NCBI RefSeq assembly: GCF_006345805.1
Contig: NC_043017.1
Location: 10,478,001-10,542,000 of the forward strand
DNA: 64,000 bases
Direction: 5' to 3'
Source of the DNA: Octopus sinensis
Lineage: Eukaryota
Shown in pieces: positions 35,951 to 48,488 of the stretch; within the stretch, counting starts at the first letter, position 1; the number at the start of each line of letters is the position of its first letter. The notes below the pieces were generated by a model, which made no database searches, was not told the DNA's origin, and worked only from the letters and a program-made list of their open reading frames with translations. A program made the translations under genes and the position numbers.

Positions 35951-36245
35951 AGGCACATGGCCTTATGGTTAGGATGCACGATTACTAGATCGTGGGTTCG
36001 ATTCTCGGATCAAGTGGTGCGTGGTGTATTTTGGAGCTAAACACTTCAATTCACATTGCTCCAGTCCACTCAGCTGTAAACGTGTCACCCTGCAAGGGAC
36101 TGGCTTTTTGGTCAGGGGTCAATGTTGGCCTGTTCCCCTAAGCCAGTGGGGTGGCGTCAATCGAAAGCTAAAACAATGCGAAGTGCATAGTGATCAGCGA
36201 TGTATAACAAAATGCGACAGTCTGGTCGATACCCTGATACCATGT
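35951..36245 (+). mobile_element. SINE family J (tRNA-derived head)
   Basis: A-box-like TGGCCTTATGG and B-box GGTTCGATTC. Its tail GCTAAAACAATGCGAAG..GTGA.CAGCGATGT is shared with 58829-59140 (+) and 58223-58332 (-). Confidence 0.75.
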
Positions 36246-36301
36246 AATACGTACATATGTGTGTGAGTGTATGCATATAAATATATATATATGTATGTAT
36301 G

Positions 36302-36391
<90 letters not shown>

Positions 36392-36632
36392 GGTATTAAT
36401 GTATGTATATATATATATATATGGTATTCATTTTTCGTACAATTTTTTTCCCTTCCCAGTTTTACCTTTTACCCGGTGAATAAGATGGTAACCCTAGTTT
36501 GTTGTGTTTTCTTTTAGCTAAAATCAAATATATAATGTGACTTATGCACGAATAAATACGGTATATGCAATATGCATACACACATACACACCTTGCTGAG
36601 ATTAATCTATATCGGTACTCCGAGTATGTCTG

Positions 36633-36670
<38 letters not shown>

Positions 36671-36671
<1 letters not shown>

Positions 36672-37055
36672 TAGCAGTATCGCCCGGCGTTGCTCGGGTT
36701 TGTAAGGGAAATAACTATATAAGCATTTTTAGAGATGTAAAGTATAATATGGCTAACCACAAAGGGGGGGGGGGTTACTGTAGCTTTTTACGTTCTGAGA
36801 TTTAATAATAAATTTTTAGAGAGTTACTTCCTTTATATATGCCAAAAATGCATTAAAAATGGGAAAAATTGATGGTAAATTTTTTTTTTAATCGTAGACT
36901 CATCGTAGACGCGCGCTAATACCCAGAACTGCTCGATATGAATCACGACTATAAGATACCCGCTTTTTGGTTAAACTGCACCGCAGAATGTGGGAGTAGT
37001 TAGGAATCTAAATCGTAGGAGCCAGACAGCACACAACCTCACTTTTATATATATA
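36671..37055 (-). mobile_element. Non-autonomous Helitron
   Basis: Same CTAG/hairpin terminus as 20529; directly abutted by the next copy. Confidence 0.85.
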
Positions 37056-37568
37056 CTAGCAGTATCGCCCGGCGTTGCTCGGGTTTGTAAGGGAAATAAC
37101 TATATAAGCATTTTTAGAGAGTTACTTCCCTTATAGATGCCAATTCGGGCTTTCTTAGCCATTTCTATTTTGGTGTCTTCAAGCCATGAAGTCGTTGTTC
37201 TAAAAGAACGCTGGTCTCCTTGACAACGCATTACGACGTTGATTTCCTTAAACTCCCTTCCCTACAGCTTCACGAGGGAGGGAAGAAGGGGGAGAAGCAA
37301 ACAGGTGCAGGTGTGACCATGGACGCCAACTCCGCCGCCATCGACACACGAAAAATTATGCATTAAAATGGAATAAAAAATGATGTTAAATTATTTTTAA
37401 AATCGTAGACTCAGCGTAGACGCGCGCTAATAGCCAGACGGGCTCGATATTAATCACGACTATAAGATACCCGAATTTGGTTAAACTGCACCGCAAAATG
37501 TGGGAGGAGTTAGGAATCTAAATCGTAGGAGACAGACACTCACACAACTACAGTTTTATATATATAGA
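37056..37568 (-). mobile_element. Non-autonomous Helitron with an extra ~200-bp GC-richer internal segment
   Basis: A|TC...CTAG|T termini. Segment ~37135-37350 is absent from neighbouring copies. Confidence 0.85.
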
Positions 37569-37569
37569 T

Positions 37570-38095
37570 ATATATATAATTATTATTTGAGGGAATAAAA
37601 TCCAAACTTACAAGGAAAAAAAATTCAATTCAGAAATACTAAATCAAATTCCACACAATATAATATATATAAAATATTAGAAAAAAAACCCACCTTTTAT
37701 CAATTCAAAATGAATAATTAAATTACACCATCTAGAAAAAAATTAAATAACAATAAAAAGTAAAGATTAAGTAAATTACAAAACTAATATAATGTGTATA
37801 ATATATATATATTATAGTCAGAACAACGAGATTTTAGTCAGTCAGTGGACTCTACTATCTCGTATGTTCTTAACATTCAAATCCACATCTTTGTCTATAT
37901 ATATCTACCTTCTCTATAATGTTGCCACCTGATTTGAAAATTTTTGTATTAATGGAAAACCTCTAAAATTGGCTGATGAGTGCTCAGCATCTTAAATCTG
38001 TTGTAATACTTACATTTAATAAAATGATGTAGTACGAAATGATCGTACCAAATTACCGGAGTCATTCTTGTTGCTTATTCTGATTATATATATAT
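37570..38095 (+). mobile_element. Penelope-like pseudo-LTR remnant (inferred)
   Basis: AT-rich segment flanked by (TA)n and carrying a minimal hammerhead. No RT or GIY-YIG ORF is visible. Confidence 0.45.
37967..38054 (+). ncRNA. Minimal type I hammerhead ribozyme
   Basis: Stem I AATTGG(37967-72)/CCAAATT(38048-54); CTGATGA at 37973-79; stem II G37980-C38035, 10 bp with a 2-nt bulge; GAAA at 38036-39; stem III A-U and U-G around a palindromic GATC loop; cleavage after GUA (38047). Confidence 0.75.
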
Positions 38096-38100
38096 ATATA

Positions 38101-38493
38101 CTAGCAGTATCGCCCGGCGTTGCTCGGGTTTGTAAGGGAAATAACTATATAAGCATTTTTAGAGATGTAAAGTATAATAGCCATTTCAAAATGGCTAACC
38201 ACAAAGGGGGGGTGTTACTGTAGCTTTTTACGTTCTGAGATTTAATAATAAATTTTTAGAGAGTTACTTCCCTTATATATGCCAAAAATGGATTAAAAAT
38301 GGGAAAAATTGATGGTAAATTTTTTTTTCAATCGTAGACTCATCGTAGACGCGCGCTAATACCCAGAAGGACTCGATATGAATCACGACTCTAAGATACC
38401 CGGTTTTGGTTAAACTGCACCGCAAAATGTGGGAGTAGTTAGGAATCTAAATCGTAGGAGACAGACACACAACTTCACTTTTATATATAAAGA
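38101..38493 (-). mobile_element. Non-autonomous Helitron
   Basis: A|TC (38493) ... hairpin-CTAG|T (38101), near-identical to 36671-37055. Confidence 0.88.
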
Positions 38494-38913
38494 TATATAT
38501 ATATATATTCACGCACACACACATATATCTTCTTAGCTGCTTTCTCGTATACGAGCAAAGCCATTCCTAGAACGAATCATTGAAGTGAGTCGATGATGAT
38601 GCAATGTGAGGCCTTTTTGTGACTGTTGAGCCTGGCGAAAGGTTTGCACATTCTATTACATAATGCACAGCTGTGCTGGCTGGCAGAAGAGAACAGGTGC
38701 CACAGTATGAACTCTTTTCACGTGCCTTTTCAATCCTCCAACTGAGAGGCATGCCTTTCCACATGTTGCACACGCTCTGCTGTGAACAATAGCCGTATCA
38801 CAATTTACCAGGGGTCGATTCCTGTGAGTTCTCCTATGGCTGACCAGAGCTCCTCCTACAAATCACACACACAAAATGCAACTCTCCCTCATTCTGCAAC
38901 ATATATATGTATC

Positions 38914-39141
38914 GGCGAGCTGGCAGAAACGGTAGCACGCCCGGCGAAATGCTTAGCGGTATTTCGTCTGTCGTTACGTTCTGAGTTCAAATTCCGCCGA
39001 GGTCAACTTTGCCTTTCATCCTTTCGGGGTCGATAAATAAAGTACCAGTTACGCACTGGGGTCGATGTAATCGACTTAATCCCTTTGTCTGTCCTTGTTT
39101 GTCCCCTCTGTGCCTAGCCCCTTGTGGGCAGTAAAGAAATA
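38914..39141 (+). mobile_element. SINE family B, full length
   Basis: Colinear with other copies. Further copies or fragments: 39830-39965 (-), 42309-42450 (-), 46085-46240 (+), 47945-48090 (+), 53965-54075 (+), 54915-55037 (+), 59896-60060 (-). Confidence 0.9.
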
Positions 39142-39167
39142 TATATATATATATATATACTTTATAA

Positions 39168-39301
39168 TTAGAAATAGCAGTCAAAAAATCTTAGCTATTC
39201 CTTCTACTTTAAAAAGGACTCCCAGTAAAACCAAAGTTCCTGAAAGGGAGTCCCTTTTAAAGTAGAAGGAATAGCTAAGATTTTTTGACTGCTATTTCTA
39301 A
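39168..39301. repeat. Fold-back hairpin, 56-bp arms (1 mismatch), 22-nt loop, from family F
   Basis: 39168-39223 versus 39246-39301; arms begin TTAGAAATAGCAGTCAAA. Confidence 0.92.
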
Positions 39302-39453
39302 ACTTCGGTATTTGGTGAGGCAAATCTTTGCTGAACCCTAATTATAAAGTATTACTTAAGCTTACCATGAAAGGGTCTTTTTCATGCCGAATTCTACTTG
39401 GTAAAATTACTGATTACTTCTTAATTAATTAATTTTACCCTTTGTTATTATTG

Positions 39454-39498
<45 letters not shown>

Positions 39499-40214
39499 TG
39501 TGTACGAGGGGATGCTAAAAAGTTCCTGGATTTGGGTAAAAGAAAATACAGACATATTCCCATCTCGGAATCACACACATATTGCAGCGGTACTTCAGTT
39601 TTTCTAAGCTCTGTAAAGAACTCGGAAGATAGAGCCCCCAACCAGGCCTTGCGCGACACCTTTAAAGCCAGGAACTTTTTGGTACCGCCTCATGTGTGTG
39701 TGTACGTTTGTATGCATGTATCTGTGTATGTACATGCGTATGTATGTAAAAATCAGTCTAAATATATAAGCGCTTATATTGCCGGCTTTAGCATTATTTC
39801 TGTCAACAAAATGTCGGTTTCAGATTCTGGCACAAAGCCAGTTCAGGGGACGATTCCAGTACTCAACTGGCACTTATTTTATTGACCCCGAAAGGATGAA
39901 AAGCAAAGTGGATCTCGGCGGAATTTGAACTCAGAATGTAAAAACGGACAATTCTGCCAGCTCACCTGTTAATAAAAGATCGCTCGGAAAACATACATAC
40001 ATACATACAGACAGACAGACAGACGGATGGATGGATGGATGGACAGACGGACGGGCGAGCGGATAGACAAACAGACACATAGATGGATAGATAAATGGAC
40101 GGGCGGACAGACAGACACACACACCCACACTCATACATACAGAATTTTGCAATCTAGTTATCTGTCACTGCCTGCCTATCCGACAGTATCTATCTGGCCT
40201 GCTATCGTTCTCTG

Positions 40215-40277
<63 letters not shown>

Positions 40278-40278
40278 G

Positions 40279-40525
40279 TCTAGAACGATCCCTATTGATC
40301 AATTTTTTTTCCTTTCCCTTTTTTTTTAAATTTTATCCCCCCCTTTTTTGTCTTCTTTCTTTCCATTTACGATCCCTTTTGATCGAAAACCAAACCCTCT
40401 TCTTTTACCCCCAAAAGAAAAGCTCTACCTTGTAATTTTGTCGTGTCCGTGTGCAGCCCTGTGTGGCTAATAAAGAAACATATCTATCCATCCATCCATC
40501 TCTCATCTATCTATCTATCTATTTG

Positions 40526-40556
<31 letters not shown>

Positions 40557-40557
40557 G

Positions 40558-40619
<62 letters not shown>

Positions 40620-40905
40620 GATCTATTAATCTATCTATCTATCCTATCTATCTATCTGTCTAGAACGATCCCTATTGATCAATTTTTTTTCCTTTCCCTT
40701 TTTTTTTAAATTTTATCCCCCCCTTTTTTGTCTTCTTTCTTTCCATTTACGATCCCTTTTGATCGAAAACCAAACCCTCTTCTTTTACCCCCAAAAGAAA
40801 AGCTCTACCTTGTAATTTTGTCGTGTCCGTGTGCAGCCCTGTGTGGCTAATAAAGAAACATATCTATCCATCCATCCATCTCTCATCTATCTATCTATCT
40901 ATTTG

Positions 40906-40936
<31 letters not shown>

Positions 40937-40937
40937 G

Positions 40938-40999
<62 letters not shown>

Positions 41000-41035
41000 G
41001 ATCTATTAATCTATCTATCTATCCATCCATCTCTC

Positions 41036-41040
<5 letters not shown>
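40279..41040 (+). repeat. 380-bp tandem duplication of a retroposon-like 3' end plus (TATC)n
   Basis: TCTAGAACGATCCC at 40279 and 40659; unit ends GCCCTGTGTGGCTAATAAAGAAACA. Confidence 0.9.
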
Positions 41041-41085
<45 letters not shown>

Positions 41086-41287
41086 ATATATATATATATA
41101 TATATATCTGTCTGTCTGCTTATTTATCAATATCTCGTCATAGCTTTATCCTCGGGATATAAATGTCGTGTGTGCCTACATGTGTCTGACACTCACTCAC
41201 ACACACACACACACACTCACACACATACACACACGCACACGCATACACACTAACAGCCTAACTGATCCAGATACATGTGCCGCCTGC

Positions 41288-41318
<31 letters not shown>

Positions 41319-41700
41319 TGTATGTGTAACATCTATATGACTTGTGTTTGTGTGAGTGGACAGATAATATCCATCTGTTGACAACACTATATGTGTCAGA
41401 ACAACGAAACGTGTCGTTCTCAAAAACTGATAGGGGGAAACGAATGAACACACACATACACACACACACAAATAATAATGCATATTTTCCATAATTATCT
41501 CTGCGTGTGTGTGTGTGAACAGTGCCGTCTTTATTTATTTTTTTTTTTTTGTATTTTTTTTCCATGCTGGCAAGAGTTGGACAGGACTTTTCAGAGACAG
41601 TATTTCATATCAGGATGCCCTGTATGTATGTATGTTTGTATGATTATATATATATGTATATTTGTATGTATTTGTGTGTCTATGTAAGTATGTATTTGAA

Positions 41701-41931
41701 GGTGGCGAGCTGGCAGAAACGTTAGCACGCCGGGCGAAATGTGTACCCGTATTTCGTTTGTCGTTACGTCCTGAGTTCAAATTCCGCCGAGGTCGACTTT
41801 GCCTTTCATCCTTTCGGGGGGCGATTAAATAAGTACCAGTTATGCACTGGGATCGATATAATCGACTTAATCCGTTTGTCTGTCCTTGTTTGTCTCCTCT
41901 ATGTTTAGCCCCTTGTGGGCAGTAAAGAAAT
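41701..41931 (+). mobile_element. SINE family B, full length
   Basis: Colinear with 38914-39141. Confidence 0.9.
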
Positions 41932-42749
41932 ATATGTATGTATTTGTCTGTATGTGTATATGTGTGTAAGTATACGTCATATCACTATGTGTATGTGTAT
42001 GCATGCATGTGTGCATGTTATTATATATGCTTGTAAGATGTATGCATATACATAAACATATGTATATAAATGTATTTATACATGTATGTGTCTATGTAAA
42101 TATGCATTTGTATGTATGTATAAGTATGGGTGTATGTGTGTGTGTAAGTGTATGTATGTATATATGCATGTGAATGTATATTTAACTGTATGTAAGTATG
42201 TGTGCGTGTGTGCGTGTACAAAGATGACAGTTAGTGACCCCAAAACACATGGAAGCTAAGAGGTGGAAGGGAGGTAATCTATTTTATCACAAATAAGGGC
42301 AAATACATATTTCTTTATTACCCACAAGGGGCTAAACATAGAGGGGACAAACAAGGACAGACATAGGTATTAAATCGATTACATCGACCCCAGTGCGTAA
42401 CTGGTCCTTAATTTATCGACCCCGAAAGGATGAAAGGCATAGTCAACCTCGGGTCACAGTGGACCTCCTATATCATTTTTCCCCCATGTGTTGACCTCGG
42501 TGGGCTGTAAGAACCAGGACTTGATTCAGACAAGGAACCTCTTAAACAAAAGATCTGCAGGTCTCACCTCATTGTTCAATCAAGCGCCACCATTCCTAAG
42601 GAGAGCTGAATTGAGGCTGTCTGAAGTTATACAACAACAACAACAACAACTTTACAAAGGATGTCAGCCACAACACAACACTCTCAGCATTTTCATGAGT
42701 GGTAACCAAAACAAAAACCTGCCTGCTAAGGGGAAAACTATTAAGTTCA

Positions 42750-43180
42750 TCACCATCACCATCCTCACTATCATTATCATCACCACCACCATCATCATTA
42801 TCATTACCATCACCCCATCGTCACCATCGCCATCATCATCACCATCAGCACCATTGTCAATAATAATCATCACCACCAACACCAATACCATCATCACCAT
42901 CATCTTCATCACCATTATCATCACCATCACCATCATCACCATCGCCATCATCATCATTACTATCATCATCATCATCGTTATCATCATAATAATAATCACC
43001 ACCAATACCATCATCACTATCATCTTCACCACCATTATCATCATCATCATTATCAACACCACCATCATCATCATCATAATCATCATCAATACTATCTTCA
43101 TCATCATCATCATCATCATCAGCTTCATCACCATAATAACCAACAATACCCTCATCATCATCATCAACAACATCATTATT
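42750..43180. repeat. (CAT/CAC)n trinucleotide microsatellite
   Basis: Direct inspection. Similar tracts at 47345-47520 and (GAT)n at 48110-48230. Confidence 0.95.
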
Positions 43181-44134
43181 TTATTTTTTTTGACCATCCA
43201 CTTTTCTGTGATTGTCTGATTCAGGCAGATTTTCTACAGTTGGTTGCCCTTTCCTGTCACCAACCCTCACTTCTGTCCAAGCAACATAATATTTTGCCAC
43301 GATCAGATGTATTGCCAAAGAAGTTTGGAAATGAAAGACACTGCTTGTATAACGGTGACACTTGTTTACAACTGTCATGCAATGTCAAGATGAAGACACA
43401 CACACACACACACACATATATTTGTGTTTGTATGTGTGTCTGTGTGTGTACATGTGTATGTGTTTGAAAGTTTTTGCCTATAATACATGAGATAGACATA
43501 ATATTTGATGAAAAATCTTCTTAAAAGCCATTAACTATTTTTTTTAAATCTTAGGAAAACAGTATTAGTGTTTGAATTGAACAAGAAAAGTGCTTACACA
43601 CACAATACAAGAACTTCATTCCAAAAGGTTTGTGTGATTCCATTTTCTAAAGAATTTTTGAAAAATAGTTGATAACTTTGCCCCAACATGACCACAGCTT
43701 TAAAACTGATACAATTAAAGATTTAAAGATGTGTGTGTGTGTGTGTTTAAACCTACAAACCAGACATACAACAAAAGTTTCAACTTTAACTATTTTTACG
43801 GGACTGAAAAAAAAATGACCAGCCTTAATAAATTTTCAAACCTTACTGGCTTCTTACCAAAGGTGGTTCCATCAATTGACCAGTGCCAGAGGAATCAGCA
43901 ACCAACCGTTATATACTCAATAAATCCACCAGCTTCAGACAACTAGACCTACTAATTTGCATACTATAAGTGTTTAACCCCTTAGCATTTGAATCAGCCA
44001 TACCCAACCCATATATTCTATTTGTTCTATATTGAAACTGGCCAGATCCAGCTTCTTACACCTACCCGACAATCACATCTTCAAAATTCTGAAGCTACAA
44101 GATACCACGGGATTGATTTGTATGAAATGTGGAT

Positions 44135-44385
44135 AGGCGCAGGAGTGGCTGTGTGGTAAGTAGCTTGTTTACCAACCACATGGTTCCGGGTTCAGTCCCA
44201 CTGCGTGGCATCTTGGGCAAGTGTCTTCTGCTATAGCCCCGGGCCGACCAATGCCTTGTGAGTGGATTGGTAGGTGGAACTGAAAGAAGCTGGTCATATA
44301 TATGTATATATATATATGTATGTGTGTGTGTCTGTTTTTGTTCCCCAAGCATTGCTTGACAACCGATGCTGGTGTGTTTACACAG
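44135..44385 (+). mobile_element. SINE family A, 3'-truncated
   Basis: Near-identical to 646-900. Confidence 0.9.
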
Positions 44386-46264
44386 CCATGCCTAACCAAC
44401 CCAAATCTTAAGATTCGGGATGTCTTGGTACAGCTGATTCAGCACCACTTAATTTTGGCACCGAATCCATTTGGCACCGGGTTGTATTTTCATGTTGAGA
44501 CGTTTTGGAGCCAAGAGAATTTTGTCTTCATTCTACGTCACTGTTAAATTTCTAATCACAATTACCAGACGACTCATGGAGAGAGAACATATTTGTGTCA
44601 GTTCAGTTCATTTTAATATATTTTCATGTTTCTCTCTCTCTCTCTTTCTCTCTTTCTGTGCCTCTCACTCTTTCTCCTTTCTCTCGTTTTCTTTCCATTC
44701 TCTTTCTTTCTTTCTACCCTCTCTCATTTCCTGTCTTTCTTTCTCCTCTTTCTCTCACCCTCTCTCTCTTACTTTTTCTCCCTGTCACCAACTGTCCTCC
44801 CCCTCTCTCTCTCTAACATTCTCTGTATGTGAATTTGTTTTTCTTTATATGTGATACTCCATGTGTGTGTGTGTGTGTGTGTGCCTGGGTCAGGCAGAAT
44901 TTATTGAGAGGCCAATTTTTTACAACCAGACGCCTTTCCTGTCACCAAACCTCACCTGTTTCCAATCATCATCATCATCATAATCATCATCGTTTAACGT
45001 CCGTTTTCCGTGCTAGCACGGGTTGGACAGTTCGACTGTGGTCTGGGAAGCCAGGAGGCTGCACCAGGCTCCAGTCTGATCTGGCAGTGTTTCTACAGCT
45101 GGATGCCCTTCCTAACACCAACCACTCCGCGAGTGTAGTGGGTGCTTTTTACATGCCACCGGCACAGGTGTCAGCGGCCACGATCGGTTGGAGCTTTTAA
45201 CGTGCCACCTGCACGGAAGCCAGTCAAGGCGGCGCTGGCATCGGTCACGCTCAGATGGTGCTTTTTACGTGCCACCGGCACAGAAGCCAGTCAAGGCGGT
45301 GCTGGCATCGGCCATGTTCAGATGGTGATTTCTATGTGCCACTGGCACAGGTATCACAACTACTATTTCCATTGATATTTATTTCGATGTTCATGTACTT
45401 GACTCAATAGGTCTCCTCAAGCACAGCGGGTTTCCAAATAAAGTAATATTTCCTTGTGAGCAGACATATTTTCACAGAATATTGCAAATGAACAAGTTTG
45501 CTCGTTTGACAGTGACACATGATGATGATGATGATCATCATCATCATCTGTTGCAGCACAGCAACAGCAGAAGCAGTATCGTCAAACACAGAAAAGTGTA
45601 CATTAAAACAATAATGATGATAATGATGACAAATTCTGTATGTGGCAGTGCCCCAGCATGGCCACAGCTTGTGAGCTGAAAGTAGATGAAATGAAACGAA
45701 AATGTGTGTGCGTGTGTGTTGTGTATGTGAGTGTATGGTGTTTGTGTGCGTATATGTGTGTATGTGTGTGCATGTGTGTGCATGTGTGTATGCATGCATA
45801 CACACCTTCAGTGTGAAACGAAACAAAAGCGAGCACCCTTCAAATAGGGTCAATACGCAAACAGTTGTACCAAACAGCCCAACACCCAATCATCCACCCC
45901 TTTCTCCCAAAATCTCAAATCTGCTCGATGATGATGATGACATCCTAATCAGAGGATACCCATGAGCCCTGTCTGCTTAAAAGAACAATAACACAGACTG
46001 TCAATATGTCGATGTATCTAGAAACATTCCTTGTGAAGAACTGGGAAACTTGGTGAAGCACGGGACAAAAATACCTTGTGGTATTTATGCCAAGTCACTG
46101 TGCCCAGAGTTCAAAACATGCCAAGGTCAGCTTTGTCTTTCATCTTTTCAGGGTTGATAAAATAAGGGACCAGTTCAGCTCTGGGGTCAATATAATCAAC
46201 TTACCTCTCCTCTCAAAATTACTGGCTCTCTGCCAAAACTTTGAAAGAATTCTCCTTCTTCTTC

Positions 46265-46306
<42 letters not shown>

Positions 46307-46470
46307 TATGTTTGACTTTTGCTTTATATTTGTACAAGTTGGCTCCAAGTCTCACCCAGAGACCTCAAGAGACAACAGGTTGGAAGTTCGTCCGTGATGT
46401 TGTTATGCCTAGTGTGCCATATATTTGGTTTTGTATTTTGTGTTGTACTAGTGAATGTCAAAAAAAAAAA

Positions 46471-46513
<43 letters not shown>

Positions 46514-46521
<8 letters not shown>

Positions 46522-46875
46522 TCCACCTGAGCGAAGGTGGAAGTATTGTTTTCAGTCGTGTTTGTTTGTCCATGGACAAGATATCTCAAGAACCACAGGA
46601 TGGATTCAGATGAAACTTTCAGGGATGTTTAGCCTTGTGACTAGCACAAACTGATTAGATTTTGGGATCGATTAGGTACTGACAAAGATTCTGGATTATT
46701 TTTCCTGTGTTTTTACTTAAGTTTTGAGAGCAATCAGGCTCATTTTTAGCATTCTCGTTTGTGAGAGCAGTCGAGTTTATTTCAGATATTCTTATTTTAA
46801 AAATCATTTCTGTTTAATCACTCAGAGAACATTCATATTGCCTTGGCAGAGGTTTGCGCTCTCTAAGTGCTCTTA
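46514..46875 (+). mobile_element. Helentron-associated / DINE-1-like non-autonomous element
   Basis: TTATTACCTCCACC..AAGGTGGAAGT 5' hairpin, GTTTGTTTGTC short repeat, GGATGGATTCAGATGAAACTT, and a subterminal CCTTGGCAGAGGT..CGCTCTCTAAGTGC end; sits in T-rich (ATT)n. Confidence 0.65.
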
Positions 46876-46878
46876 TTA

Positions 46879-46928
<50 letters not shown>

Positions 46929-46940
46929 TATTCATCATCA

Positions 46941-47347
46941 TTATTATTGAGTGAGAGAGCAGTGCATGCTATCAAAGTGACACGGGGGTATAATTATATA
47001 AAGCCCAATATACCCATCATGACTGCCCGTCTGATAAGGGTACCCCAGGCACATGCATCACAACCATGTGTGTGACATGGTGACCTCATATCAAGATAAA
47101 CAGCGCACTGACTTTGCAAGTGGGATCCAGCTAGAATTTTCTTCAAGTCGAGTAGCCCATCCCATTGAAAAGGGCCCCCTGAATAAGGGTCGTTTAATGA
47201 TGGTGAATGAAACATCCATACTTCCAAGAGGCAAATTATTCAAACTCCAAAGAACCTCTCTCAACACACGGCTGTGATGCTCCCCAACTACTTCTGTTTG
47301 TGATCAGAGATGCACATAACACCAGCCACTAAGGGACATGCTGCTCA
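46941..47347 (-). mobile_element. Repeat family D ((AAT)n-tailed, class unresolved)
   Basis: Reverse complement of 53044-53470. Confidence 0.85.
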
Positions 47348-47890
47348 TCATCATCATCACCATCATCATCATCACCATCACCATCATCATCATCACCATC
47401 ACCATCATCATCATCACCATCACCACCACCATCATCATCATCATCATCATCATCACCATCACCACCATCATCATCATCACCATCACCATCACCATCATCA
47501 TCATCATTCATCATCATCATTAAAGTAGACAATAAGACGGGTGCGGCGCAAATTGTGATGGATTGTTTCTTTAACAGTTTCAACAATATTTCAACAATCT
47601 ATTACAAATTGCATTATGATCTTCTTATTGTCTATTATTATCATTATCATTATTATCATTATTATTATTATTATTACTTTTTTTCTTCTTCTTTCAAATT
47701 TGCTATCATTTCTTGCCGAGTGTCTTCCCGACTCCTAGGGCAAAGAAACTCATAGTATACATTGGTAGGCCATTAAACCAACTCAGTAGTTCGTTCATTC
47801 TTTTTTTTTTTTTTTTTAAAGTTAAATTAAAATACATGAGCAGCAACAGTTCTCACATCGACATGCTCTTCTCAATTATTATCATTATTA

Positions 47891-47936
<46 letters not shown>

Positions 47937-48144
47937 AGAATCATCAGAGCATTGGGAAAAAAAATGCCTTGCAATATTTCTTCTTTATATTCTTTGTTCA
48001 AACACTTCTGAGATCATTCCTCTGGGGTCAATAAAGTCGAGTACCAGTCTCATACTTGGGTCCGTGGCATCAAGTAAGCCCCTACCCTCATGAACTGCTG
48101 GCAGTACAATGATGACAGTGATGATGATGGTGATGATGATGATT

Positions 48145-48183
<39 letters not shown>

Positions 48184-48388
48184 GTGGTGGTGATGGTGAT
48201 GATGATGGTGGTGGTGATGATAGTGATGATACGTGCGGACACATGCACTCGTACACATACTTACATAAACAAAAAGGCACACATACACACACGCACAAGG
48301 ATAAACACACACATAGGGGTGGGTTTTTTTGTATATACATATTTAGATATATGTACTATATATATATATGTATATGTATGTGTGTGTG

Positions 48389-48488
48389 NNNNNNNNNNNN
48401 NNNNNNNNNNNNNNNNNNNNNNNNNNNNNNNNNNNNNNNNNNNNNNNNNNNNNNNNNNNNNNNNNNNNNNNNNNNNNNNNNNNNNNNN
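48389..48488. other. Assembly gap (100 N)
   Basis: Exactly 100 Ns, a typical placeholder for a gap of unknown size. Confidence 0.98.

Noticed and set aside
38567-39036. Short ORFs in unique sequence after the Helitron cluster
   Set aside because: No convincing splice pair or homology, and the plus-strand ORF runs into SINE-B.
42488-43219. 243-aa Ile/Thr-rich ORF, and similar long ORFs at 5932-6653, 6966-7634, 18319-18912, 50614-51327 and 55590-56369
   Set aside because: These are translations of (CAT)n, (TA)n, (CA)n, (GATA)n or (TGG)n microsatellites and SINE sequence. They are open in several frames and both strands, with no splice or domain evidence.
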